From the NCBI GenBank assembly GCA_965222155.1, contig CBDCTH010000012.1, forward strand, positions 2,432,001 through 2,496,000: a stretch of DNA of 64,000 nucleotides, read 5' to 3'. Below are positions 49,143 to 58,735 of the stretch, piece after piece. The notes under the pieces were generated by a model. It did not search any database. It had not been told where the DNA came from and worked only from the letters and a program-made list of their open reading frames with translations. The stretch's first letter is position 1; each line of letters starts with the position of its first letter. The stretch comes from Gammaproteobacteria bacterium (lineage in GTDB: Bacteria; Pseudomonadota; Gammaproteobacteria; Eutrophobiales; Eutrophobiaceae). The position numbers and the translations under genes were made by a program.

Positions 49143-49799
49143 TTATTCCGGACCAGGGAAAGAGTGAAAATAGGCGGGAAGGGCAGTATGCAGGTAGTTC
49201 ATTACCAAAGCCCTTGCTTGAGTACCATTGATTTCTTTTGGCGTCAGCAACATATCCAGCCACAGGCCGTCGATAATAGCATCCAGTGTCGTCGCCAGAA
49301 TTTGCGGATCATGCTGTTTATTCTCATCGTCGCGCAGCATTTCGGCAAACAGGTCAGCTTCCACCTTCACATAATGTCGGTCATATTCCGCACAAGTCTT
49401 CATATAAATCGGACGTGAACGGGTTTCCCCCCAAAATGCGAACCATACCGCCAGTTTCTTGCGGTCGCAGATCGTTTTACTGAAGTCCAGTTCCACCAGC
49501 GCGGCAAGTTTGTCAGCCGGCGCCGGACCCGATTTTTCCAGCGTTTTTTCCCAATGGTGACGGTATTCTTCGGCCAGGTACTTGAGTGTCTCCAGCAGCA
49601 GTTTCTCTTTGCTCTTGAAGTGCAGGTTGACGATACCCAGGCTTAACCCCGCTTCCCTGGTGATGTCTGCCATGGTCGTCGCCGAAAAACCGCGTTTGGC
49701 AACACAGTTGATGGTCGCCTTGATGAGTTGCTCGCGGCGACGTTGTTTTGCCAGGGTCCTGCTGTCAGGGACGCTTCCGGTTTCTCTAGCCTGCATCAC
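49143..49799 (-). CDS. TetR-family regulator, BetI-like
   Basis: RR.QLI.AT, AGLS.GIVN.HF.SKE.LL, W..FW, IDGLW. Confidence 0.85.
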   Translation of the reverse strand: MMQARETGSVPDSRTLAKQRRREQLIKATINCVAKRGFSATTMADITREAGLSLGIVNLHFKSKEKLLLETLKYLAEEYRHHWEKTLEKSGPAPADKLAALVELDFSKTICDRKKLAVWFAFWGETRSRPIYMKTCAEYDRHYVKVEADLFAEMLRDDENKQHDPQILATTLDAIIDGLWLDMLLTPKEINGTQARALVMNYLHTALPAYFHSFPGPE

Positions 49800-49808
49800 T
49801 CCCCGTTA

Positions 49809-49979
49809 GTCATTCCGCTCTCTGTTCGTCATTCCACCCCCTGTTCATCATTCCGCCCCCTGTTCGTCATTCCACCCCCTGTTCGTCATTCCGCCCCCTG
49901 TTCGTCATTCCACCCCCTGTTCGTCATTCCGCCCCCTGTTCGTCATTCCGCCCCTTGTTCGTCATTCCGCCCCCTGTTC
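49809..49979 (+). repeat. Tandem repeat, 9 x 19 bp GTCATTCCRCCCCCTGTTC
   Basis: Contiguous units with no spacers. Each begins with the outer arm of the adjacent palindrome. Confidence 0.92.
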
Positions 49980-50092
49980 GTCATTCCGGCGAATGCCGGA
50001 ATCCAGTGAATAAAGAGTCGCCTCCAGCGACATATTATAATGACTGGATGCCGGGTCAAGCCCGGCATGACGAACAGCCCGGCATGACGAAC
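49980..50092. repeat. dRS3-like/REPIN-like doublet
   Basis: gtcattccggcgaatgccggaatccagt...actggatgccgggtcaagcccggcatgac, with the right end duplicated. Confidence 0.75.
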
Positions 50093-50103
50093 GGAGGGTA
50101 ACA

Positions 50104-51294
50104 TTATTTCATGGCGTGCAGGTACCAGTCGATAAAGCTGCGCGTGAAGCTCTCCATGCCGGTATAAGAGCCGGGGCGGTAAAATGTTGAATTGATGCCT
50201 TTCTGATTGTTCTCGATGATGCGCTTGTCGGCAATCGTGGTGATATCCCAGAGCCAGGTCAGGTCGTCGCGGTCATAATCTGTTCCTTCCTGCGCCGACT
50301 CGTTGACCAGCCAGGTGATATCGCACACGCTCTCGGTCACGTTTAACGGCCGGAAGTGGTAGATGACGACGTGATCGCAATAAGCCAGACAGAATGTAAA
50401 CGGCCCAACCTGTATATCGGTCGCGCCGCCGTCATAGCCGCTGATGTCGCCCAGTAGCGGCGCCACCGGTTTGCCGTCCCGGCTACCCGTGACAAATCCG
50501 TTGAACAGGGGGTACCTGTCAAAGCCGCGATCGGTACCGACGGCGCCGGCGTCCAGCCAGCTTTTATCGACACACCGTCCGTTCAGACCCAGCTTCTCTC
50601 CCCTGGCGATTACCTGCTGCAGCAGGTCAGCCACTTCCTCATCAGGCAGTGACCGGCCGTGTCCTTGGGCGTATTCAGGGTGGGCTGGCGTGCAGTGGTA
50701 ACATTCACAATAATTCTCCACCGCGAGTTTCCAGTTTGCCCGGATGGGGTAGCTTTGCCGGTGCGCGACCTTCGCCTTATCCAGCTTATAGGGTTGCAGG
50801 CATTCATCCAGGTCGCGCCGGATGGGATCGAAGGAAGCGGGCCGCTCGGCAAAATTGATGAAGATCATGCCGTGAAGGATCTCCAACCGCACCTGTCCCA
50901 GCGCATAGTCCGAACGATCGAAATCCGGCGATGTGTAGTTGGCGCCCCGTAATGCGCCGTCCAACTGGTAAGTCCAGCCGTGGTAGGGGCATACCAGCAG
51001 TTTCTGCCTGCCGCTGGATTCCATGCAGATGCGCGAACCGCGATGTCGGCACAGGTTCAGCAATGCTTTTACCGTATTCTCGCCGGAGCGAATAATGATC
51101 ACGGATTCATTGCCCAGTTCGTACAGGAAATAATCGCCGGTTTCGGGAATCAGGCTGAGGTGCCCGGCATACAGCCAGGACTTCATGAAAAGCCGGTCCA
51201 GCTCACGCCGGTAGATGTCGCTATCCCGGTAGAAATCCTGCTGCAGGGAAAAGCCTTCAGGCTGGTTGTCAATCAGTTGAGATATTGCTGCCAT
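50104..51294 (-). CDS. Rieske non-heme iron oxygenase alpha subunit (GbcA/Stc2/CntA-like N-demethylase group)
   Basis: CRHRG...CPYHGW Rieske motif; NWK..VENYCECYHC...HP iron site. Confidence 0.88.
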   Translation of the reverse strand: MAAISQLIDNQPEGFSLQQDFYRDSDIYRRELDRLFMKSWLYAGHLSLIPETGDYFLYELGNESVIIIRSGENTVKALLNLCRHRGSRICMESSGRQKLLVCPYHGWTYQLDGALRGANYTSPDFDRSDYALGQVRLEILHGMIFINFAERPASFDPIRRDLDECLQPYKLDKAKVAHRQSYPIRANWKLAVENYCECYHCTPAHPEYAQGHGRSLPDEEVADLLQQVIARGEKLGLNGRCVDKSWLDAGAVGTDRGFDRYPLFNGFVTGSRDGKPVAPLLGDISGYDGGATDIQVGPFTFCLAYCDHVVIYHFRPLNVTESVCDITWLVNESAQEGTDYDRDDLTWLWDITTIADKRIIENNQKGINSTFYRPGSYTGMESFTRSFIDWYLHAMK

Positions 51295-51299
51295 ACTCA

Positions 51300-51685
51300 G
51301 CTCGGATATTGCACCAGTTCGCTTGTCATCATCGGTAAGTTCAATGCTGTCAATAAGTTACTTATGATATATCAGTTGTATTGCCATCCCAAACTGCGCT
51401 GAATGCGCCCTCGCTTGTCTTTTTCCCGCCTGCGGGCACGTGTTCATTGCGCCCATCCCTGGGCGCAACCCTGCGGGCGGCTGTCGCCGTGCAAATCGTC
51501 AGTCCTGACGATTTGTCCCTCAACCAGACAAATCTGCCCGGAGCAGATTTGGACATCCGAAAGATGCCCGCAGGGGGTGCCCCATGGATGGGGCGCATCA
51601 ATCCCTGCTATGCTTTCAGTCGCATGCACCCGCAAGCGGGAAAAATACTGCGCGATCTTCGCATTCACTGGTGCAATATCCGGGC
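51300..51685. mobile_element. MITE (~386 bp) with terminal inverted repeats
   Basis: GCTCGGATATTGCACCAG / CTGGTGCAATATCCGGGC. Internal similarity to 55086-55447; internal hairpin aaatcgtcagtcctgacgattt. Confidence 0.75.
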
Positions 51686-53079
51686 TAGACTCCGCGCAGG
51701 TACCACTCGTAATCGCGGTTGCTGACCTGCTCGTGAAACCGTTCACATTCACTGCGGCGAACAATCTCGTACACTCGGCAAAATTCCTCCCCCAGGTATT
51801 CGGGCAATTTATGGGTGTCCCGAAATTGGTCCAGGGCGGCATCCCAGCGGCGGGGCAGGGTGATCTCCTGTGCTTTCAGCACGGTCCCTTCCGCGATCAT
51901 CTCTGTCGGCTCGCAGTGACGTATGATGCCATGGTGTATGCCGGCAAGGATGGCGGCCACGACCAGGTATGGATTGGCGTCCGCGCCCGCTACCCGATGC
52001 TCGATGCGCATATCCTTGTTGTCGCATACCGGCACGCGCAGGGCGACGGCACGATGGTTATATCCCCAGTTCGGGCATAGCGGCACGAAGGAGTCAGGTT
52101 GCAGGCGCCGGTAGGAGTTGGCATTCGGGGCAAAAATGGCCATGGCATCGCCCATGGTCTGCTGCAGCCCGCCGACGGCGTGCTTCAGCGTGGCGGACAC
52201 AGCCGGTCTGGTCCCGCTTGCAGGGTCGGCGAATACATTATTTCCCTGTTCATCGAGCAGGCTGACATGCACGTGCAGGCCGTTACCGGCGTATTCGACG
52301 AAAGGTTTTGCCATGAAGGCGGCGCCCATGCCGTGCTTGAAGGCGGTTCCCTTGATGATGCGTTTCAGCATTGCGCCGTGGTCGCAGGCGGCTACCGGGT
52401 CATTCTCGTGGTGCAGATTGATTTCAAACTGCCCCGGGGAAAATTCAGGCAGGGCCGTATTCGCCGGCACGTTTTGCGCTTCACAAAAACGCTGCACATC
52501 CATCAGCAGCGGGTCGCATTCCCACAGATCCTCCAGGGTTGCGTACTGCAACCCTTCCTGTTTCAGGCCCGTGCCGGGAATCCTGCCCAGGCGCGGTTGC
52601 GGCACGTCACCAGCGCCTGATTCCAGCAGGTAGAACTCGAACTCCGTCGCGACGACGGCCCGCAGACCTGCCTCGAGCAGCAAGTCACAGACACGCTGCA
52701 ATACGTGGCGGGGGTCGGCAAACCAGGGTACGCCTTCCAGATCGTGCAGGGAAACAAACACCTGGGCAACGTCTGAGTGTTCAAACCAGGGAACCGGCGC
52801 CAGGGTGTTTGCCACCGGGTAGCTCATTATGTCAGGGTCCCCGTCGCGGGTGCCGATGTTTATGTCAAAGGTTATTTCGCCGCGACTGTCAACCAGCGGC
52901 GTCGAGGCGCAGGCCTTGAGACCCTGTTTATACAGCGTCTCAAGCTCGTCCCTGCCGATGCGCTTGCCCCGTAATATGCCGTTTATATCGGGCAGCAGCA
53001 GTTCAATCATTTTCACTTCCGGGCGTTTCTTCAAAAAACTCCGTAGTTCTTCAATATTGCCTTGTTCCGGTATCTTCAT
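51685..53079 (-). CDS. Glutamine synthetase-like gamma-glutamyl-amine ligase (PuuA/PauA-like)
   Basis: PDINGILRGKR, E.EFYL, PGQFEINL.H, FMAKP...AGNGLHVH, IEHRVAGADANPYL. Confidence 0.88.
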   Translation of the reverse strand: MKIPEQGNIEELRSFLKKRPEVKMIELLLPDINGILRGKRIGRDELETLYKQGLKACASTPLVDSRGEITFDINIGTRDGDPDIMSYPVANTLAPVPWFEHSDVAQVFVSLHDLEGVPWFADPRHVLQRVCDLLLEAGLRAVVATEFEFYLLESGAGDVPQPRLGRIPGTGLKQEGLQYATLEDLWECDPLLMDVQRFCEAQNVPANTALPEFSPGQFEINLHHENDPVAACDHGAMLKRIIKGTAFKHGMGAAFMAKPFVEYAGNGLHVHVSLLDEQGNNVFADPASGTRPAVSATLKHAVGGLQQTMGDAMAIFAPNANSYRRLQPDSFVPLCPNWGYNHRAVALRVPVCDNKDMRIEHRVAGADANPYLVVAAILAGIHHGIIRHCEPTEMIAEGTVLKAQEITLPRRWDAALDQFRDTHKLPEYLGEEFCRVYEIVRRSECERFHEQVSNRDYEWYLRGV

Positions 53080-53124
53080 GATCGACTTTTCATTACCGCG
53101 CTGGGCAACTGATATCGAAAAAGG

Positions 53125-53559
53125 TTATTCCGACCCACCAGGCGGAGTGACATGATGGAACCAGTTTTCCAACCGGAGGCCTTCAACCTGGGAGAAATGT
53201 TTTTGATTGTTAGTCACAAGTGTTGCATCGATCACCAAGGCATGGGAAGCAATCATTGCATCAGTGAAACCGATGGGTTTGCCCTTTTCGAGCAGTGCTG
53301 ACTGCGTGATAGCAAATTTATCCGCACACTCAGGTGTCCAATCCGCTACATAGTCAAGCCGTTCGCATACCTTATCGATGCGGTTGTGGTACTTTGCAGA
53401 ACCTACCCGTTCAGCACCAAAGCGTAACTCCTGGTAGGTAATAACGGACATACAAAGGATATGACCCTTGTTTGCTCTATCCTGCAGGGTTTCCAGGACG
53501 GACTGCGATTGCTGTCGTATGATGTAGCTGCACGTGTCCGTGTCGAGCATATAGATCAT
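53125..53559 (-). CDS. vapC: VapC PIN-domain toxin
   Basis: YMLDTDTCSYII, EL.FGA, D.MIASHA, LVTNN.KHF..V.GL.LENW. Confidence 0.9.
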   Translation of the reverse strand: MIYMLDTDTCSYIIRQQSQSVLETLQDRANKGHILCMSVITYQELRFGAERVGSAKYHNRIDKVCERLDYVADWTPECADKFAITQSALLEKGKPIGFTDAMIASHALVIDATLVTNNQKHFSQVEGLRLENWFHHVTPPGGSE

Positions 53560-53801
53560 TCAATTTTTACCCGGCTTTCATCAATCTCGAACATATCCGG
53601 ACGTTCGGCTAGAAAGTCGTCGCCGACCGGTTTGCTTTCATCGTTCAACGTCAGCCAGGACTTACGCATCGGCTCCAGGATCAGCTTTTGTCCCACCTTC
53701 TGCACGGTTAGCTCGGTCACGCCCTCATAAGCAAAGTCCTTCGGGATGCGGACTGCCTGACTTCGGCCATTCTTGAATATCTTTGCGGTATGCATGATCA
53801 C
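53556..53801 (-). CDS. vapB: VapB antitoxin (AbrB/SpoVT, VagC-like)
   Basis: TAKIFKNGRSQAVRIPKDF. Confidence 0.9.
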   Translation of the reverse strand: MIMHTAKIFKNGRSQAVRIPKDFAYEGVTELTVQKVGQKLILEPMRKSWLTLNDESKPVGDDFLAERPDMFEIDESRVKIE

Positions 53802-53908
53802 CTCCTACATTGATATATGACAGCATATACCGCATAGTATCATAGGTCGAGATAGACTGTCAGACGGGGCAAACACTTACTTTGTGAATTCACGACATCG
53901 GCATTATT

Positions 53909-55093
53909 TCAGCAATCCGCCGGGGTCTTGCGCCGCCGCGCCGGATCAAAAAATGCGCCTACCACCAGCTTGCAGCGGGCCATCAGACGCTTCCACTGTA
54001 ATTCGCTATTGTAATAGACCTCGGCATATAATTCATCGCCGGGCCTGCCCCAGGGCATCTCCATTGAGGCCAGGGCGATATTCATCTTGGCACTCGGTGA
54101 CCAGACCGCGGATGTGACGTGCCCGACGACTTTCTGTTTGCGGTTGTAGATGAACGCTTCGTTCGCAGGTTTGTTTCCTTCAACGTCCAGCCGGACCAGG
54201 CGATAGCGCGACCCCCTTTCCTGTTCTTCCAGCAGGGCTTTTCTGCCGTTGAACACCGGCTTGTCAAAATGCACCAGCCGGCCGAGACCCAGTTCAAACG
54301 GGGAACGGCCCCGGTCCGGACGCACCACGTCCACGGCAGGCACGAACTCCACTCCCGCCTGGATAAACCCGGCCTCGATCCTGGCCATATCCAGGGCCTG
54401 GTTGCCGATGGGCAGAATACCATGGGGTTTACCGGCCGCGAACAGGGCATCCCACAATCTTTCCGCGTAGGCCGGTTCGACCCACAACTCATAACCCAGA
54501 TCGCCGGTAAAGCCGGTGCGCGACACCAGAAGTTCCGTATCGTCAAAAGGGAAGCGCTGTAATTCAAACGGTTTCAGGTGCTCAATATCCGCCAGGCCCA
54601 TGGCTTTCAGGGTGCGGCAGGAAGTGGGTCCCTGTACGGCCAGGGCGGCTATCTCGTCCGATTCATCGCTGATGTCAACGTCAAAGCCCGTTGCCGTAGC
54701 CAGCAGCCAGTCCAGGTGGCGTTCCTGCGAGCACAGGCGCCAGTGATGTTCGCCCAGCTGAAAGACCGTCCCGTCATCCAGTACGTGTCCCCTGTCATTG
54801 CACCAGGCCGCGTACATGACGCGCTCCGGGGCCAGCTTATCCATCCTGCGCGTCATCAGCTTGTCCAGGTAAGCCGAACCTTCCTTACCGGTGATTCGGT
54901 ACTTGGTCATGGGACTCAGGTCGAACACCGAGGTGGCGTTGCGAATGGCGAAATATTCATCTTCCAGGGTGGTGTAACAATCAACGACGGTATATGCCTT
55001 CCAGGATGACCAGAGATTGGTCTCGCACACAGCCGAGGTGCGCGCATGGAACGGCGTGGGTAATACGCGCTTCTGTGTTTCCCTAACCCGCAT
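53909..55093 (-). CDS. GcvT-like aminomethyltransferase family protein
   Basis: PTPFH, E.FAIRN...FDLSP, DDGT, SRTGFTGDLGYELW, RIEAG. Confidence 0.88.
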   Translation of the reverse strand: MRVRETQKRVLPTPFHARTSAVCETNLWSSWKAYTVVDCYTTLEDEYFAIRNATSVFDLSPMTKYRITGKEGSAYLDKLMTRRMDKLAPERVMYAAWCNDRGHVLDDGTVFQLGEHHWRLCSQERHLDWLLATATGFDVDISDESDEIAALAVQGPTSCRTLKAMGLADIEHLKPFELQRFPFDDTELLVSRTGFTGDLGYELWVEPAYAERLWDALFAAGKPHGILPIGNQALDMARIEAGFIQAGVEFVPAVDVVRPDRGRSPFELGLGRLVHFDKPVFNGRKALLEEQERGSRYRLVRLDVEGNKPANEAFIYNRKQKVVGHVTSAVWSPSAKMNIALASMEMPWGRPGDELYAEVYYNSELQWKRLMARCKLVVGAFFDPARRRKTPADC

Positions 55094-55447
55094 TTCTCAG
55101 ATCGCTAGTTGCTATCGGATACATGATTGCTGTCAATGAGTTATGATAATTTGTTGACGATATTATCATTACAGAGTGCGCTTGATGCGTCCTCACTTGT
55201 CTTTTTTGCGCCAACGGGCACGTGTTCATTGCGCCCATCCCCCTGCTCAACTCCATACAGGGGCAGGCTCTGGGCGCAACCCTGCGGGCGGCTGTCGCCG
55301 TGCAAATCGTCAGGACTGACGATTTGCCCCTCAACCAGAGCTACGGCTATGCCTTCGGTCCCCGTATCAAGTACGGGGCAGGCTCCGGCGCCCGTTGGCG
55401 CAAAAAATCCTGTGTGATCTTCGCATCATCTGGTGAGAAATCCGGGT
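55086..55447. mobile_element. MITE (362 bp) inserted in the 5' end of the GcvT-like gene
   Basis: TIRs ACCCGCATTTCTC / GAGAAATCCGGGT. TA duplication at 55084-55085 and 55448-55449. Confidence 0.8.
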
Positions 55448-55453
55448 TATCCG

Positions 55454-57028
55454 TCACAAGGGTTTCTCCTGCTTCAGTATTTCATTTGCGGCGTTACGGC
55501 CGGGCAGCCCCATCACGCCGCCGCCCGGATGGCAACCGGCGCCACACAGGTATAAGCCGGCTACCGGCGTTGCATAATGAGCGGTGCCGGGGACCGGGCG
55601 CAACATCATGAATTGATCCATGCTGTATTCGCCGTGATGCCAGTGACCGCCATGGATGTTGAATTCTCTTTCCAGGTCGGGCGGGGTCAGCAATTCAGCG
55701 GCAATAACCTGCGTGCTGATGCCGGGTGCATACTCTTCCAGTCGCTTGACAAGCAACTGCTTGAAGTCATTCCTTCCAGAGTCCCACCCTGAGCGAAGCT
55801 CGAAGGGTGCGTACTGAACTATGGCCGACAGTACATGTTTGCCTGCCGGCGCCAGGCCGTTGTCATGAATGGACGGGATATTGATCTCCATCACGGGTTG
55901 TGCCGAAAACCTGCCGTACTTGGAGTCATCAAACGCATGTTCGATATGATTTAACGAAGGAGCGATCAACAGGCGCTGACCCGATTCTGCGGTTGTCAAT
56001 CCGCTGAATTCCGGTAACCCATCCAGGGCCAGGTGCAGTTTTGCCACCTTGCCCTGCATGCGGATGTTGTCGATACGCCTGGCAAAACCGGTCTCAATGT
56101 TCCTCGCGCCGACCAGTTGCAGGAAGGTGGTTTTGGGGTCGGCGTTGGAGACGACCAGCCTGCTGTCGATGCGTTCCCCGGCTGCCGTTTCAACGCCGGT
56201 CACCCGGTCCCGGTCCAGCAATATCCGGCTGACCGGCGTTGCCGTCCTGATTTCCGCTCCTGCCGCTTCTGCGGCGTTGCGCAACGCGCCGGTGACGGAT
56301 CCCATCCCTCCCGCCACTACCGAGACCCCGCTGTCATTGGCGTGTAAGCGGCCGGTCAACCGGTACAGGTAAGTCAATACCGAGCCGGGCGACCGGGGTC
56401 CCAGGTTAGCGCCGAGCAGGGCGTCTATGCCGAGGGCGCCTTTCAGCCGTTCATCGGCAAAGGTTTCCTGCAGCACATCGTAGATATTGATGGCGCCCGT
56501 CCGCATCAATTCCCGCATGAGGTCCCGGCCCAGCAGGCGTATATTCAAGCCCAGCCCAGCCAGGCGCGCCAATTCCCTGATGCTGTTATTGCCCACACGG
56601 GGCGGACGACTTGTGAACGTTTTTTGCAGTATGCCGGCAAAGCGCCGGTATTTGTGCAGGAACAAGGGGTAAGCGGCGCGATCACTTTCGGAGATCCCGG
56701 CACCGTCTACATGATCACCGTCCAGGGTAAGATGATTGCCATCTGCCGAAAGCGCGATCGTGTTTAAATCGGAGGCCGCCAGGTTAAGTCCGTGCCCATC
56801 CAATCCCAGGTCCGAGACGATGTCCGGTGAAAACAGGCAGAGCAAGTGCGCTCCGGCGGAGACTGAAAAACCAGGGGCAAATTCCCGAGTGATCGCAGCG
56901 CCGCCTACCTGTTCATTCGCTTCGAGCACCAGTACCGAGCGACCTGCGCGGGCCAGATATGCAGCGCAAACCAAACCATTGTTGCCGGCCCCGATAATGA
57001 TATTGTCGAAACTGTCTGTCATCATCAA
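55454..57028 (-). CDS. Phytoene-desaturase-like (PYROXD2/CrtI family) FAD oxidoreductase, second paralog
   Basis: IIGAGNNGL, GGAA.TRE, GGMG, TP.DLE, LYLCGAGCHPGGGVMG. Confidence 0.88.
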   Translation of the reverse strand: MMMTDSFDNIIIGAGNNGLVCAAYLARAGRSVLVLEANEQVGGAAITREFAPGFSVSAGAHLLCLFSPDIVSDLGLDGHGLNLAASDLNTIALSADGNHLTLDGDHVDGAGISESDRAAYPLFLHKYRRFAGILQKTFTSRPPRVGNNSIRELARLAGLGLNIRLLGRDLMRELMRTGAINIYDVLQETFADERLKGALGIDALLGANLGPRSPGSVLTYLYRLTGRLHANDSGVSVVAGGMGSVTGALRNAAEAAGAEIRTATPVSRILLDRDRVTGVETAAGERIDSRLVVSNADPKTTFLQLVGARNIETGFARRIDNIRMQGKVAKLHLALDGLPEFSGLTTAESGQRLLIAPSLNHIEHAFDDSKYGRFSAQPVMEINIPSIHDNGLAPAGKHVLSAIVQYAPFELRSGWDSGRNDFKQLLVKRLEEYAPGISTQVIAAELLTPPDLEREFNIHGGHWHHGEYSMDQFMMLRPVPGTAHYATPVAGLYLCGAGCHPGGGVMGLPGRNAANEILKQEKPL

Positions 57029-57056
57029 CAGGGCAACTGCATACTTTGTGAATTCA
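57029..57056 (+). repeat. Solo ISAs1-type end
   Basis: cagggcaactgcatactttgtgaattc. A similar copy is at 53865. Confidence 0.6.
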
Positions 57057-57094
57057 GGCCATTGCCTTTCCGGCGGATTGCCTGGTTATGAGGG

Positions 57095-58711
57095 CTAATC
57101 ATCGGTGAATGTTTCCGGTACGATATTTTTACGACCCAGGTCCCGTAATATTTCCCTTGCTGAGTTTGCACCCGGCGCGCCCATCACGCCCCCGCCCGGG
57201 TGTGTGCCGGAACTGCACATATACATACCTTTTACGGGTCCCCGGTACTGGGCATAACCAGGGAAAGGCCGGTTGAACAGCAGTTGGTCCATGGTTAATT
57301 CGCCCTGGAAAATATTGCCCTCGGTGAGACCAACCTCGTGTTCCAGTTCCCGCGGTGTACGGACTTCTGCATGCAGGATCAGGTCCTTGAAATCGGGACT
57401 GTATTCCGCAATCTGGTCAATCACGGTCTGGCCGAACTGGTCCCGTTGCTCATCCGTCCAATCCCGGCCGTTCACTTTCGGCGGGCAGTACTGGACGAAT
57501 ACGCTCATCATCTGCTTGCCGGGTGGCGCCATGGTCGGGTCCACCAGGGTGGGGATCAAGGTGTCCAGGTAAGGGTCTTTTGACCAGGTGCCGTTCTTCC
57601 AGTCATCGTAAGCCTTTTCCATGCGTTCCAGTGAATCAATGAAATGAAAATCAGCTTTCAGCAACTCATGGCCCCTGGGCACGGCGTGAAACGTGGGCAT
57701 GCCGTCCAGTGAGATGTTGAGTTTTCCGGAAGAGCCGCGGATCTTGAAGTTTTGCGCCTTGCTGACCACATCCCGGGGCAGGTCCCGCTCATCCATGATG
57801 TTCAGAAAGGTGCGTTTCGGGTCAAGATTGGAAATAACGATGTCCGCGTAATATTCGTCGCCGTTTTCCAGGACGACACCCTTTGCACGCCTTTCTTTGA
57901 CCAGGATTTTATCAACCCCGGCGTCAACCTTGATCTCTCCGCCGAATCCCTCAAATGCGCCGGCCAGGGCATTGGCAATGGCGCCCATACCACCCCGGGC
58001 AAACCCCCATGAACCGATACTGCCATCCACGTCGCCCATGTAATGATGCAACAGGACATAGGCCGTCCCCGGAGAATATACCCCCAGTGCGGTGCCGATG
58101 ATACCGCTGCCGGCCAGGTGCGCCTTGACAATATCCGATTCAAAATATTCATCAAGAAAATCAGCGATGCTCATGGTCCAGAAGCGGATGGTGTCACACA
58201 GGAGTTCCTCGCCCAGTTCCCAGTAGGATTTTATGAAATGAATCAACTCCATCAGGTCGCGCGGTTTGAACGACGTTGGGTCCGGCGGGGTCCTCATCAG
58301 CAGCGGCCGTATCAGCCGGGTCTGGCGCATCACGTCGGCTTCATAGCGCTGGTATGCGTCGGCGTCACGCCGGGAATGCCTGGCCATCTCCCGATATTGG
58401 CGCTCCTTGTCGCCATAATTACCATAGTAATCCCCATTGCGCATAAAGGTGATGCCGCCTTCATAAGGAATGATTTGCAGGCCGTGGCGGGCCAGTTCCA
58501 GGTCGCGATAAATCTCCGGACGGAACAGGCTGCACACATAGGAACAGTTCGAATAAGTCCAGCCCGGATACAGGGACCGGCTGACGGACGCACCTCCAAT
58601 CCAGGGATTTTTTTCTACAACAAGCACATCCAGGCCCGCCTTGGCAAGAAAGGCGGCATTGGTCAGGCCATTATGGCCGGCGCCAATCACGATAGCGTCG
58701 TATTTCTTCAC
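57095..58711 (-). CDS. Phytoene-desaturase-like (PYROXD2/CrtI family) FAD oxidoreductase, first paralog
   Basis: IGAGHNGL, YSNCSYVCSL, YVLLHHYMG, GNIFQGEL, THPGGGVMGAPG. Confidence 0.88.
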   Translation of the reverse strand: MKKYDAIVIGAGHNGLTNAAFLAKAGLDVLVVEKNPWIGGASVSRSLYPGWTYSNCSYVCSLFRPEIYRDLELARHGLQIIPYEGGITFMRNGDYYGNYGDKERQYREMARHSRRDADAYQRYEADVMRQTRLIRPLLMRTPPDPTSFKPRDLMELIHFIKSYWELGEELLCDTIRFWTMSIADFLDEYFESDIVKAHLAGSGIIGTALGVYSPGTAYVLLHHYMGDVDGSIGSWGFARGGMGAIANALAGAFEGFGGEIKVDAGVDKILVKERRAKGVVLENGDEYYADIVISNLDPKRTFLNIMDERDLPRDVVSKAQNFKIRGSSGKLNISLDGMPTFHAVPRGHELLKADFHFIDSLERMEKAYDDWKNGTWSKDPYLDTLIPTLVDPTMAPPGKQMMSVFVQYCPPKVNGRDWTDEQRDQFGQTVIDQIAEYSPDFKDLILHAEVRTPRELEHEVGLTEGNIFQGELTMDQLLFNRPFPGYAQYRGPVKGMYMCSSGTHPGGGVMGAPGANSAREILRDLGRKNIVPETFTDD

Positions 58712-58735
58712 GATTCCTGCTCTCCGCGTTTTATC

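Noticed and set aside
49809-49979. Possible CRISPR array
   Set aside because: The 19-bp units are contiguous with no unique spacers, and no cas genes are present.
51362-52080. ORFs spanning the MITEs (also 55083-55611, 29967-30401, 38085-38456)
   Set aside because: They translate repeat DNA or antisense strands. Only the short ISAs1 tail within 38085-38456 looks protein-derived.
51685-53079. glnA assignment
   Set aside because: Motifs and context fit PuuA-like gamma-glutamyl ligases rather than GSI.
55454-58711. Carotenoid biosynthesis from the phytoene-desaturase-like genes
   Set aside because: No crtB/crtE/crtY nearby, and the context is amine catabolism.
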